From Omnitrophica bacterium GWA2_41_15 (GTDB taxonomy: Bacteria > Omnitrophota > Gorgyraeia > Ghiorseimicrobiales > Ghiorseimicrobiaceae), in the NCBI GenBank assembly GCA_919902105.1, contig CAKKQO010000035.1, forward strand, positions 67,547 to 131,546: 64,000 nt of DNA, given 5' to 3'. Positions 36,941 to 46,474 of this stretch are shown in pieces. Position 1 is the stretch's first letter, and every line of letters begins with the position of its first letter. Both the position numbers and the translations under genes were made by a program. Under the pieces are notes generated by a model. That model had not been told where the DNA came from. It searched no databases and saw nothing but the letters and a program-made list of their open reading frames with translations.

Positions 36941-37644
36941 ATAATCGAAATCCATCTGAAATAAAATCTTGGGCTGAATGGTTTGATAGAAGAGCGCGGT
37001 ACTATAGCGATCCCCTCGCTAAAATAGCCTACTATGTGGATGGAAAACTTCTTCCTGTCGAGCTGATGGGGGCTACATTGCAAGACGCGTTTGATAAATT
37101 AAGAGCGGCTTCTGAATGCAGGTTGTTGGACGTGGGGGGGGGCGTTGGCCTTTTCGCTAGTACCTTCCGGTCAAAATTTAAACGAATCATAACTACCGAT
37201 ATTTCTTTTGCCATGGTTAAAGACGGCAAGAGGCTTAGCCCCAATGATAATTTTATAGTTACGAGCGCGGTGGATCTCCCTTTTAAATCTTGTTCTTTTG
37301 AGAGATTACTTTGCTATAGCGTTTTCCAGTATTTTCAAGATTTATATTTTGCCAAAGAAGTTCTGTCGGAATTTATAAGAGTCGTAAAAAAGGGAGGACT
37401 TATCCTCATCGGGGACATTATCCCTTCGCAAGCCCAGCAGAAAAAGGAAATGAAAAAGCAGGATAATAAACAAAATCCGTATTATCCGCCTGTGTTGAAG
37501 CACGATCTTAAGATGCTGGAATTCAAGAATGAATTTTTTCTCGAATTTTGTAATGAAAATGGCATAAGTTTCCGGGTGCTTAAACAAAATATAAAAGGAA
37601 AACCCGCTTCCATATCTCGATACGATGTCCTTATAGAAACTTAA
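36937..37644 (+). CDS. Class I SAM methyltransferase
   Basis: 235 aa. LLDVGGGVGLF motif I. ATGA overlap with the upstream gene. Confidence 0.75.
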   Translation: MNNRNPSEIKSWAEWFDRRARYYSDPLAKIAYYVDGKLLPVELMGATLQDAFDKLRAASECRLLDVGGGVGLFASTFRSKFKRIITTDISFAMVKDGKRLSPNDNFIVTSAVDLPFKSCSFERLLCYSVFQYFQDLYFAKEVLSEFIRVVKKGGLILIGDIIPSQAQQKKEMKKQDNKQNPYYPPVLKHDLKMLEFKNEFFLEFCNENGISFRVLKQNIKGKPASISRYDVLIET

Positions 37645-37648
37645 AATA

Positions 37649-38584
37649 ATGAAAGCGATTAATCTGGATAAGAAATCTGAAATATTTTTTGAGCCTTATC
37701 ATTACGCCTCTCGGGCTGATATTTTTGAAAAATGTGATGGGGAAAAATTACCATCAGTTGAAGATTATTTTGAGGAGTTTTTCGGAAGGAAGGTTATGAT
37801 TACCATTAATGGGCGTATGGCGATTTCCCTTATTCTGCGGTCTCTTGATCTGAAAATTGACGATGAAATTTATATTACTACGACATTCGAAAAACCGAAT
37901 GTATCAAGCTGTGTTACCAGTACTATATTTAATTTTTGCAGGCCGTCGCGTGTTCTTACCGATAAAACCAAAGCCATTTTTTTAATTCACGAATTTGGCG
38001 TGGTTCATCCGCGTATCCATAAACTACGTTTAATAGCCGACGCGAGAAATATTCCGCTTATTGAAGATTGCGCTCATACTATTAATTCCAGGTCCAATGG
38101 TAAAGCAGTGGGAGCAAGCGGTGATTTTGTCGTATGCTCCTTTCCAAAGATTTATCCTATTCAATATGGAGGTCTTTTAATCGGAATGAATACCTCATAT
38201 AAGCCAACTTTAGTTCAGTCTGCGATTATAGAAAAAATTCGGAATATTCTTCCCAAATATATGCGTTTGACAAATGAATATTCCCAAAAAAGGCGGGATA
38301 ATTTCCAATTCCTCGCGGTGAAATTTAAGGAGTTATTGTTGCTGCCGTTTCATCAAATCGATAAAGACGTATCTCCCTCTCTTTTTTTTCCTTTAGTTAC
38401 CGACAGATACGAGGAAGTTATGGAGAAAGCATCCAACTCTAAAATAGAGAACGCCTTATGGCATGGCACTAATATAGTAGTTCTTCCTGTTCATCAGTTT
38501 TTAGTTGAAGAAGAGCTTGAACGTATTTTTCAAGTTGTAAAAAGCGTTTATGAAAAAAATCATTCTGAATCCGTTTGTAGGTAA
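37649..38584 (+). CDS. Divergent, short DegT-like PLP enzyme (aminotransferase or dehydratase fold)
   Basis: 311 aa. INGRMAISLIL, IEDCAHT and CSFPKIYPIQYGGLL parallel the DegT motifs ASGTxAL, EDxAQA and SFxxxKxxxxGEGG. Confidence 0.55.
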   Translation: MKAINLDKKSEIFFEPYHYASRADIFEKCDGEKLPSVEDYFEEFFGRKVMITINGRMAISLILRSLDLKIDDEIYITTTFEKPNVSSCVTSTIFNFCRPSRVLTDKTKAIFLIHEFGVVHPRIHKLRLIADARNIPLIEDCAHTINSRSNGKAVGASGDFVVCSFPKIYPIQYGGLLIGMNTSYKPTLVQSAIIEKIRNILPKYMRLTNEYSQKRRDNFQFLAVKFKELLLLPFHQIDKDVSPSLFFPLVTDRYEEVMEKASNSKIENALWHGTNIVVLPVHQFLVEEELERIFQVVKSVYEKNHSESVCR

Positions 38585-40139
38585 ATTTATAAAATCTAAG
38601 CGTACATTCTTTGCGATTGTGTTCTTGGTTTTTTTTAATTCATTAATACAGGGATATTTTATTAGTCAAATAGATTTTATAAGTCCTCAAGATACAGGGT
38701 TGTTGAGTATCACGAGAAAGATTGTTTCTCCCGGCACCTTTACGGAGGCAGAGCAGGAATTAATGGAGCCTTATAAAATATATCCGCCTATTTATTCGGC
38801 AATCTGCGGAGTTATATACTTTTTTACGGGGGATTTGGATGGGGCTCCTAAAATTTACCACATAATTTTTAGCAGCGCACTTATAATTCCGGTATTTTTA
38901 ATCTCGTTAAGGCTGTATGGAAGAAAAACCGCGGTTATCAGTTCACTTTTATTAACTTTCCTTCCAGCATTATCAATTACCATTTATTATTCGGTAAGGC
39001 ATATAAGTTTTATCTTTTTTCTTTATCTCAGCCTCTATTTTATTTTGGCTGGCGATTTAGACAATAAAATTAAATATTATGGTTTAGGAGGTTTTTTGCT
39101 CGGGATTACATACCTGATTAGAGAAGAAGTCTTAATTATTCTTTTTGCTGTTTTGCTTGTTATATTTCTAAAAGGCCTCTTGAAAAAAAATGGCCGATTT
39201 GAAGGTATCTATAAAAAAGAATTAGTTGTTATATGTTTATTTTTACCTCTTTTCTTGCTTTCCTCTCTCTATACATATAATTCTACAGGCAAATGGTCGC
39301 TAGGAGGCGATAAGAAGTGGAAATATGACCATTTTATAACAGGCCAGGGAATATTGGATGGAATTAAAACCCCAGACATAGAATACGGTTATAAGGTTTA
39401 CGGTTCTGCCGAAGAAAATAATAATAGTATATTAAATGCAATCAAGAAACATCCGAAAGCCTATTTTTCCAGAATTATTAATAATTTTAAAATACTTTTT
39501 GATGTGCTTCCTTCTCCGGCAGTCATTCCTTTTTATCTCTATCTTTTTATGGGAATAGCGTTTTTTGAATTGTTGGGTAATCCGGACAGATTGAAGTGTT
39601 CTATTATATTTATAGCGGTTATTGTTTCATTCATTTCATTATGGACAGTTGTTTTTTTTGTCCAGGCGAAGCATCTAGTTCCTCTCGTGCCAATTTTGGC
39701 AATCTGGATATCGTACGGTATTAAGCTAACGCAGGATAAAATTAGGATGAGAAATTTAATCTATTTTCCGTCGATTATTACATTATTATCTTTAGCCGTT
39801 ATTTTTCTAACTTATACTAAGTCAATTTCTGAAGATATACCAAGGGAAACGAAAGAAATCGGGGGATGGCTCAAAGAAAACACATCATCGGCGGATATAA
39901 TAGTTGTTCCGAACGAATGGTTTGACGAACGGCTTTATCTGCAGTATTACTCCAGAAGAAAGGTTAGAGAAATTCCTGCATGGATGGCAGATTTTAAAAA
40001 TGGTATAAACATAAAAGAATCAATATTTATTTTAAAAGATGACCAATTCAATTCAAATGATAATAAGCTTACAATGGAGATTATTAAAATATTTGAAAAT
40101 ATAAATAAAAAAATAATCGTTTATAGGGGTGTTGGATGA
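38550..40139 (+). CDS. GT-C fold membrane glycosyltransferase (ArnT/PMT_2-like) #1
   Basis: 529 aa, polytopic N-terminal two-thirds plus a soluble C-terminal domain. PPIYSAICGVIYFFTG...LISLRLYGRKTAVISSLLLTFLPAL is ArnT/PMT-like. Confidence 0.7.
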   Translation: MKKIILNPFVGKFIKSKRTFFAIVFLVFFNSLIQGYFISQIDFISPQDTGLLSITRKIVSPGTFTEAEQELMEPYKIYPPIYSAICGVIYFFTGDLDGAPKIYHIIFSSALIIPVFLISLRLYGRKTAVISSLLLTFLPALSITIYYSVRHISFIFFLYLSLYFILAGDLDNKIKYYGLGGFLLGITYLIREEVLIILFAVLLVIFLKGLLKKNGRFEGIYKKELVVICLFLPLFLLSSLYTYNSTGKWSLGGDKKWKYDHFITGQGILDGIKTPDIEYGYKVYGSAEENNNSILNAIKKHPKAYFSRIINNFKILFDVLPSPAVIPFYLYLFMGIAFFELLGNPDRLKCSIIFIAVIVSFISLWTVVFFVQAKHLVPLVPILAIWISYGIKLTQDKIRMRNLIYFPSIITLLSLAVIFLTYTKSISEDIPRETKEIGGWLKENTSSADIIVVPNEWFDERLYLQYYSRRKVREIPAWMADFKNGINIKESIFILKDDQFNSNDNKLTMEIIKIFENINKKIIVYRGVG

Positions 40140-41680
40140 CGCAAATGGCAATGCCGAACAAAAATATAAAAAAGATGCGAGGAAAAGTCAAAAAGATTGC
40201 TCTAATTGAACCGATTAGGAATTTTTCACCTAATATGGGTTTAATTACTTTGGCCGCAATCCCGAAGTTAGCTGGTAAGGAAGTTAAAATCCTATACATG
40301 TTTGACTATGAATACAAAAGTGGTGATCAATTATCAAACTATTCATTAAAAAAAATAAAAGATTTTGATCCGGACATAATTGGGGTCGGATTTTTATCTG
40401 CCGAGTGGCATGCTGCGAAAGTCGTGATCGAAAGATTAGCAACTGCCTTTGATAAAATTATTGTAGCTGGCGGCAGGCACCCATCGTCTTTTCCAAAAGA
40501 TGTTTTAACTTGGGGTGCTGATTTTGTTATAGTTGGAGAAGGTGAGACAGCTTTTGAAGAATTAATCAATTGTATTGAAAATAACGGCGCAGGGCTTGAA
40601 TCTTCGGTAGGAATTGCTTTTTATAAAGAAGATGGGGCATTTCACCTGAATCCACGATTAAAAGAGACCGCAAATCTCGATATTATCCCTGCGTATCATT
40701 TGATACCCTACCAAAATTTTATTAACACAAAACTTGGCGTGGTTGGCAGATATTTGAAATCTGGCTGGCTGGCAACAAGCAGGGGATGCTTTAGCAAATG
40801 TATATATTGTAGAGATAATAATTTTGGCGGTCATTTACGTTTCAGGTCTATGGATGCCGTTTTTGATGATATAAGATTACAACTGAGTAATTATGACCTG
40901 GATTGTTTTTATATCGTTGACGACATGTTCGCTGTGAAAGAAAAACGCGTAATTGAATTTTGTGACAGATTTATAGCGATCCAAAAAGAATTCAATAAGA
41001 TGCTGTATTTTGCTGCAACAGCTAGGACTGACACTTTGACAAAACCAATGGTTAATGCGATGGAAAAGGCAGGATGCACACAATTAACTTTTGGTGTTGA
41101 ATCGGGCAGCCCTAAAATACATGATATTTTAAATACAAATAAAAGTTGCACAACGATTGTCCCTGCTTTTGAAATGTTAAAGGAATCCGAGATTGATACT
41201 TTTGTGAATTTTATTATAGGCGTTCCCGGAGAAAACGAAGACGACATCAACCTAACATTAAAAATAATTGATTCGATAAAACCTACTACAGTTGGCGTTA
41301 CATTTTTAACTCCCTATCCTGGGACAAGATTATACGATTTGGCATGTAACAACAATTGGCTGGATGGAGATATGAAAAAAGAATTTGTTTACCGCCATAA
41401 TTATAAACCTCAGCTTAACGTAGGGATTGATCCATCGCTATTGTTGAATAGGGCAAAACGTATTTATAAGAAAACCTCCCGAAAAACTATCTTAAATGTT
41501 TTTACTCGCCATGAATCTATAGAATTAATATTTGATGTTATCAAGATGATGTTTAAGCACCCTGTTAAGGTATTAGATACGATAAAGAGCATTTTAACAG
41601 GAGATATTGATAAATTTAAAACAAAATATAGGCATCTGTTATATGTAAATACTGGATTAACAATTAATAACGGGTTATAA
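40136..41680 (+). CDS. Cobalamin-binding-domain (class B) radical SAM enzyme #5
   Basis: 514 aa. VGFLSAEW...VAGGRHPS...VIVGEGETA, then SRGCFSKCIYCRD. ATGA overlap with the upstream GT-C gene. Confidence 0.85.
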   Translation: MTQMAMPNKNIKKMRGKVKKIALIEPIRNFSPNMGLITLAAIPKLAGKEVKILYMFDYEYKSGDQLSNYSLKKIKDFDPDIIGVGFLSAEWHAAKVVIERLATAFDKIIVAGGRHPSSFPKDVLTWGADFVIVGEGETAFEELINCIENNGAGLESSVGIAFYKEDGAFHLNPRLKETANLDIIPAYHLIPYQNFINTKLGVVGRYLKSGWLATSRGCFSKCIYCRDNNFGGHLRFRSMDAVFDDIRLQLSNYDLDCFYIVDDMFAVKEKRVIEFCDRFIAIQKEFNKMLYFAATARTDTLTKPMVNAMEKAGCTQLTFGVESGSPKIHDILNTNKSCTTIVPAFEMLKESEIDTFVNFIIGVPGENEDDINLTLKIIDSIKPTTVGVTFLTPYPGTRLYDLACNNNWLDGDMKKEFVYRHNYKPQLNVGIDPSLLLNRAKRIYKKTSRKTILNVFTRHESIELIFDVIKMMFKHPVKVLDTIKSILTGDIDKFKTKYRHLLYVNTGLTINNGL

Positions 41681-41721
41681 CGGTTAATGCAAGATTCAAC
41701 ATAGAAAAAGAGGTTTATTGC

Positions 41722-42240
41722 ATGAAAGTATTGTTTTACGGTTTAACTTTATTTTGTTTAGCTTTCTTTGTGCATTTGGCGGTATGGAGGTATTGTATTC
41801 CTAATAATAGGAAAAAGATGTTGATACAAATATTTATTGGCACTTTGGCAATAGGTATTCTTGCTTTGTGGGAAAAGATACATTTTATAACTATATTTGG
41901 ACTGGATAGTTATGTCAATTTACCTGAAATGATCCATCTCTCTCTTTTTTTCTTATCTCTTACCATTACATATTTTGTCATATATAACGCAATGGTAATA
42001 GGCAGTGTTACGAATACCATAATAACATGTATTATGGATACAGGTTTAAATGGACTTGATAAACATGCACTGGAGCAGAGGATGCGAGATGAGTTGTTAT
42101 TACGAATAAAATGTCTTATCAATGATAAGATTATTTATGATAATTCTGGCAGGTATTTCTTAACATCAAAGGGTATTTTATATTTACGCATAGTTAGGTT
42201 TTATCGGAAATTAATGAATTATACCGATGAGATAGGTTAA
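41722..42240 (+). CDS. Hypothetical membrane protein (about 3 TM helices plus a C-terminal winged-helix-like tail), paralog a
   Basis: 172 aa. Three hydrophobic segments, then ...LLLRIKCLINDKIIYDNSGRYFLTSKGILYL. Same architecture as 42250-42777. Confidence 0.55.
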   Translation: MKVLFYGLTLFCLAFFVHLAVWRYCIPNNRKKMLIQIFIGTLAIGILALWEKIHFITIFGLDSYVNLPEMIHLSLFFLSLTITYFVIYNAMVIGSVTNTIITCIMDTGLNGLDKHALEQRMRDELLLRIKCLINDKIIYDNSGRYFLTSKGILYLRIVRFYRKLMNYTDEIG

Positions 42241-42249
42241 TGATCTTTT

Positions 42250-42777
42250 ATGTCTTTTGAATACGTGCAGATAATTATGCCGGTGTTGGGTTTAATTTTG
42301 AATGCTGTTACTCATATTACCAGCATGAGGATTGTTTTCAATTTAGGAGTAGCTGCTTCCATATGTTTAGGATTTATAGCCGGTTTTTTTAGTATACTAA
42401 TATTTGAGGTTTCTTTTTTAATATATATGCATGGCTCAGTAAAAGAGTTTCTTTCTATTACTATTGTTAATTTAATAAGTTACTCATCGTTAGGATTTTT
42501 GTATTGTAATTTTGTTGGGCTTGGAATATCGGCTCTGAGAACCAGATTTCTTATAGAAATGGATAAATCTGTTGGAGGCATTACCATAGAGAGATGTATA
42601 GAACGTTATTCTCCGGAAGAGATATTAGCAAGGAGGACAAAAAGATTGATTAATAGCGGCCAAATAATTTTAAAGGATGGAAGATATTATATTTGCAAAT
42701 CATACTTGTTCGTAATAGCGAAAATTATAAAGGTTATGACATTAATAGTTTTTGGTAACAAAAAAGTTGATTTATAA
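42250..42777 (+). CDS. Hypothetical membrane protein (about 3 TM helices plus a C-terminal winged-helix-like tail), paralog b
   Basis: 175 aa. Three hydrophobic segments, then ...ILARRTKRLINSGQIILKDGRYYICKSYLF. Confidence 0.55.
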   Translation: MSFEYVQIIMPVLGLILNAVTHITSMRIVFNLGVAASICLGFIAGFFSILIFEVSFLIYMHGSVKEFLSITIVNLISYSSLGFLYCNFVGLGISALRTRFLIEMDKSVGGITIERCIERYSPEEILARRTKRLINSGQIILKDGRYYICKSYLFVIAKIIKVMTLIVFGNKKVDL

Positions 42778-42778
42778 A

Positions 42779-43591
42779 ATGGATTCCAGATCGGCTGATA
42801 TATCACCGGAAGAAATTAGAAGAATTATTCTTATGCAGGCAAAACGGGCCGGAGTTGGGCATATTGGTTCTGCCCTGTCGATTGTTGATATTATAGCGGT
42901 ATTATATTCTAACATTTTACGAATTAATGATCCCAATGATCCTGATCGGGACCGTTTTATTTTATCTAAAGGCCATGCGGCAATGGCAATCTACGGGGTT
43001 CTTTTTTTGAAAGGCTGGTTAACAAAAAAGGAACTCAATACCTATTGTGCCGATGAGAGCTTGTTAGGTGTTCATCCTGAACATACCCTTAGAGGCATAG
43101 ATTTTTCAACAGGATCGCTTGGGCATGGCTTGTCAATAGGTATTGGATCGGCGTTAGCGGCAAAAAAACAGAAGTCTTCACGCCGTGTGTTTGTCTTGTT
43201 AAGCGATGCTGAGTGCAATGAAGGTTCTATCTGGGAGGCAATTATGTTTGCAGCCCACCACAAAATATCTAACTTAGTAGCTATTATTGATCTTAATGGG
43301 CAACAAGCATTCGGTTACACCAAGAACGTCTTAAATATATCTCCAATGGCAGAACGATGGCGGGTATTTGGGTGGGATGCGCATGAAGTTGACGGGCACA
43401 ATCCGCATGAGATTACAAAAACTATAAACGGTTTAGATACTGATAGTTACTCTTTTCCTCATGTAATAATTGCGCATACTACATTTGGCAAAGGGGTATC
43501 CTACATGGAAAATAAAATTAAATGGCATTACTCTTCTATGTCAGAAGAAGAGTATCAATTAGCTTTGAAGGAAAATGAAGGATTGTTATGA
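42779..43591 (+). CDS. Transketolase, N-terminal (ThDP pyrophosphate-binding) subunit
   Basis: GHIGSALSIVDI, SKGHAAMAIYG, GSLGHGLS and LLSDAECNEGSIWEA motifs. ATG at 42779 chosen over the track TTG at 42752. Confidence 0.9.
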   Translation: MDSRSADISPEEIRRIILMQAKRAGVGHIGSALSIVDIIAVLYSNILRINDPNDPDRDRFILSKGHAAMAIYGVLFLKGWLTKKELNTYCADESLLGVHPEHTLRGIDFSTGSLGHGLSIGIGSALAAKKQKSSRRVFVLLSDAECNEGSIWEAIMFAAHHKISNLVAIIDLNGQQAFGYTKNVLNISPMAERWRVFGWDAHEVDGHNPHEITKTINGLDTDSYSFPHVIIAHTTFGKGVSYMENKIKWHYSSMSEEEYQLALKENEGLL

Positions 43592-44523
43592 GAAAGGCTT
43601 TTATTGCTACGCTTGAAAAATTGGCTGAAGATAATGAACGCGTGATGCTCTTGACAGCTGATGTTGGATATTCGGTTCTAGAATCTTTTGCTGAAAAATT
43701 TCCGGATAGGTTTTATAATGTTGGAGTGGCAGAGCAGAATATGGTGGGCATTGCTACAGGCCTGGCTGAAGCAGGTTTTATCCCATTTGTCTATTCTATC
43801 GCTACATTTGTTTCTCTCAGGGCCTATGAATTTATTCGCAATGGGCCAATCTTGCATAAATATCCCGTTCGTATTATTGGCGCAGGCGGGGGGTTTGAGT
43901 ATGGACATGCTGGAATAACTCATCATGCCTTGGAAGATATAGGAGTTATGCGTTTACAGCATGGGATTACAGTAATAGCGCCCGCGGATTATAAACAAGC
44001 CAGCAATGCTTTGTTGGGCACATGGAATTTAGACGGCCCGGTTTATTACAGAATAGGCAAAGATGATAAACTTACGGTTCCCGGATTAAACGGCCGTTTT
44101 GAATTGGGCCATACCCAGCTACTTTCCAAAGGAGATGATTTGTTGTTTATAGCAATGGGGAGTATTGCTATTGAAGTGGTTAGGGCCGCGGAGATATTAA
44201 AGGGGCATGATATCAGTTGCACCGTGGTAATAGTGGCAAGCTTAGAGCCTTCGCCTATTGATGATCTGATTGAGGTTTTATCGCGTTTCAGGTTAGTATT
44301 TACGGTTGAAGCCCATTATGTTAAAGGAGGATTGGGGTCTTTGATTTCAGAGATAGTGGCTGATAATAACATTAATTGTAAGGTTAAACGATGCGGAGTA
44401 AATACAATGCCGACTGGCAGCTCAGGCAGCCAGGCCTATTATTATAAAAAATATGCGTTATCCGGCGAGATGTTGGCTGATATCGCGCTGAGAGATTTTT
44501 TACATGAAGGGAAAGAGGAGTGA
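43588..44523 (+). CDS. Transketolase, C-terminal (pyrimidine-binding) subunit
   Basis: 311 aa. VGVAEQNMVGIATGLAEAGFIPFVYSIATF motif. ATGA overlap with the N-terminal subunit gene. Confidence 0.9.
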   Translation: MRKAFIATLEKLAEDNERVMLLTADVGYSVLESFAEKFPDRFYNVGVAEQNMVGIATGLAEAGFIPFVYSIATFVSLRAYEFIRNGPILHKYPVRIIGAGGGFEYGHAGITHHALEDIGVMRLQHGITVIAPADYKQASNALLGTWNLDGPVYYRIGKDDKLTVPGLNGRFELGHTQLLSKGDDLLFIAMGSIAIEVVRAAEILKGHDISCTVVIVASLEPSPIDDLIEVLSRFRLVFTVEAHYVKGGLGSLISEIVADNNINCKVKRCGVNTMPTGSSGSQAYYYKKYALSGEMLADIALRDFLHEGKEE

Positions 44524-45470
44524 AAGATTATAGTAATGATTTAAAAAATCAACATATTGATAAAAAGGGAATCTATACTGTTCGTTTTATTTCTACTGAC
44601 TGTTTATTTTGCAAAGAAAAAAGAGAGCATGTTCTTTATCCCGCCCGTTTATATAATAATAGTTTTACTGATTATACTTTTAGCGCTAGGCGTTCACGTA
44701 AGCGGGAACATTACAGAATAGTTAAATGCAGCACTTGCCAATTGGTAAGATCGAATCCAGTGGTAAGCGAAGATATGATAGATAGTTTATATGCTCATAG
44801 CAAATTTATATTTTCAGACGAAGCGCCGTATGTTGCCAGTACTTACGCTATCTTGCTAAAAAGACTTATGAATAAGTATAATATCAAGCTAAATAGTTTA
44901 TTAGAGCTTGGATGCAGCAGCGGTTTTTTCTTGAATGAAGCCCTTTCCATTGGATTTAATGACGTTGTTGGATTTGAGCCAAGCAGAGACTGTTATCAAC
45001 GCGCGGAAGATCGTATTAAAGGGCGTATTATTAATGATATTTATAAACCTGAACTTTTAAAAGATAAAAAATTTGATTTGGTTTGTATTTTTCATCTCAT
45101 TGATCATTTATATAACCCTCAAGCTGTTATATCTTCATTAACGCAAGCCTTAAACGTTCCTCATGGATATTTACTTATAATATGCCATGATGTTGAAAGT
45201 TGGAGCGTCAAATTACTCGGTGGACAAAATCCAATGTTTGATATTGAGCATATTTATTTATTTTCTAAAAAAACAATAGCTATGCTTTTAGAAGGCGCGG
45301 GATTCAGAGTTTTAGAGGTAGAGTCGCTTCCTAATACCTATCCTTTTGGATATTGGCTGCGTATGTTACCTGCGGGGAATAAGATTGTCAGTGTATTGCC
45401 TAAGTGCATGCAAAATATACCGATAAAAATAAAAGCGGGTAATTTATATATTTTTTGCAAGAAAGGATAA
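44520..45470 (+). CDS. Class I SAM methyltransferase with an N-terminal Cys4 zinc ribbon
   Basis: 316 aa. CLFCKE...CSTCQLVRSNP, then LLELGCSSGFF. GTG start overlapping the upstream stop; the start is uncertain. Confidence 0.7.
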   Translation: MKDYSNDLKNQHIDKKGIYTVRFISTDCLFCKEKREHVLYPARLYNNSFTDYTFSARRSRKREHYRIVKCSTCQLVRSNPVVSEDMIDSLYAHSKFIFSDEAPYVASTYAILLKRLMNKYNIKLNSLLELGCSSGFFLNEALSIGFNDVVGFEPSRDCYQRAEDRIKGRIINDIYKPELLKDKKFDLVCIFHLIDHLYNPQAVISSLTQALNVPHGYLLIICHDVESWSVKLLGGQNPMFDIEHIYLFSKKTIAMLLEGAGFRVLEVESLPNTYPFGYWLRMLPAGNKIVSVLPKCMQNIPIKIKAGNLYIFCKKG

Positions 45471-45474
45471 TTTT

Positions 45475-46464
45475 ATGTTAACTGATAGATGTATTTCAGT
45501 GGTAGTTGTTTGCTATAATGATGAAGGCAGCATAGTTGAATTATTGCGGCGTCTTTCTGTGGTTATGGATAAGATTACCCCGAACTGGGAAGTAATTTAT
45601 GTTAACGATGACAGTCCGGATAACTCAGAAAAATTACTTTTGGAGTTGGCTAAAAGTAATCAGAGGTTAACGGTAATATCGCATGCGCGAAATTTTGGCG
45701 CGCAGACCGCGTTTACAACAGGGATGTCACAGGCAAGCGGAGATTCAGTAGTGATTATGGATGGTGATTTACAGGATCCTCCTGAGTTGATTGAGAAGTT
45801 TTGCGAAAAATGGTTAGAAGGATACCAAGTAGTATTCGGTATTAGGGCCAAGAGACATGAAGGTTGGTTTCGTAATTTTGGATATAGGCTTTTTTATAGG
45901 ATTTTTCAAAAGATTTCATATTTGGATATTCCACTGGATGCGGGCGAATTTTCTTTAATGGAGAGAGTAGTCATTGATGTTATTCTTGCGTGTCCGGAGC
46001 ATGATAGGCTTATCCGGGGACTCCGTGCTTATGCCGGTTTTAAGCAGGTCGGCATAGAATTTGAGAGGCCCGAGAGGTATAGCGGCCAATCCACACAGGG
46101 CCTGTTTGATTATTTTATGTGGGCGTATAAATCATTTACCTCCTTTTCACTTGTGCCGCTGCGTTTAATCTCATTACTGGCTTTTGCGACAACCATTGTA
46201 ACATTAGGGCTTTTGCTGTATCACATCTCCAATTATTTTATGGGGGTCGCGTCTCCCAAGGGGGTTATGACTATTGTCATTTTAATATTATCAATTGGTT
46301 CTATTACCATGTTTTCTCTTGGTGTAATTGGAGAATATCTGGGTAGGCTTTTTATAGAAATTAAGAATAGGCCTGAGCCCATAATTCGCACTATAGTAAA
46401 TGACCATCGTTCGGCCCCAAGGGAATGGTTGGGGCGTAAAAATTCAATTCACAGAAAGGAATAA
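45475..46464 (+). CDS. GT2 polyprenyl-phosphate glycosyltransferase (GtrB/ArnC/DPM1-like) with C-terminal TM helices
   Basis: 329 aa. VSVVVVCYNDE, YVNDDSPDNS and MDGDLQDPPELI motifs, then two C-terminal hydrophobic helices. Confidence 0.85.
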   Translation: MLTDRCISVVVVCYNDEGSIVELLRRLSVVMDKITPNWEVIYVNDDSPDNSEKLLLELAKSNQRLTVISHARNFGAQTAFTTGMSQASGDSVVIMDGDLQDPPELIEKFCEKWLEGYQVVFGIRAKRHEGWFRNFGYRLFYRIFQKISYLDIPLDAGEFSLMERVVIDVILACPEHDRLIRGLRAYAGFKQVGIEFERPERYSGQSTQGLFDYFMWAYKSFTSFSLVPLRLISLLAFATTIVTLGLLLYHISNYFMGVASPKGVMTIVILILSIGSITMFSLGVIGEYLGRLFIEIKNRPEPIIRTIVNDHRSAPREWLGRKNSIHRKE

Positions 46465-46474
46465 GACAGGCGAT

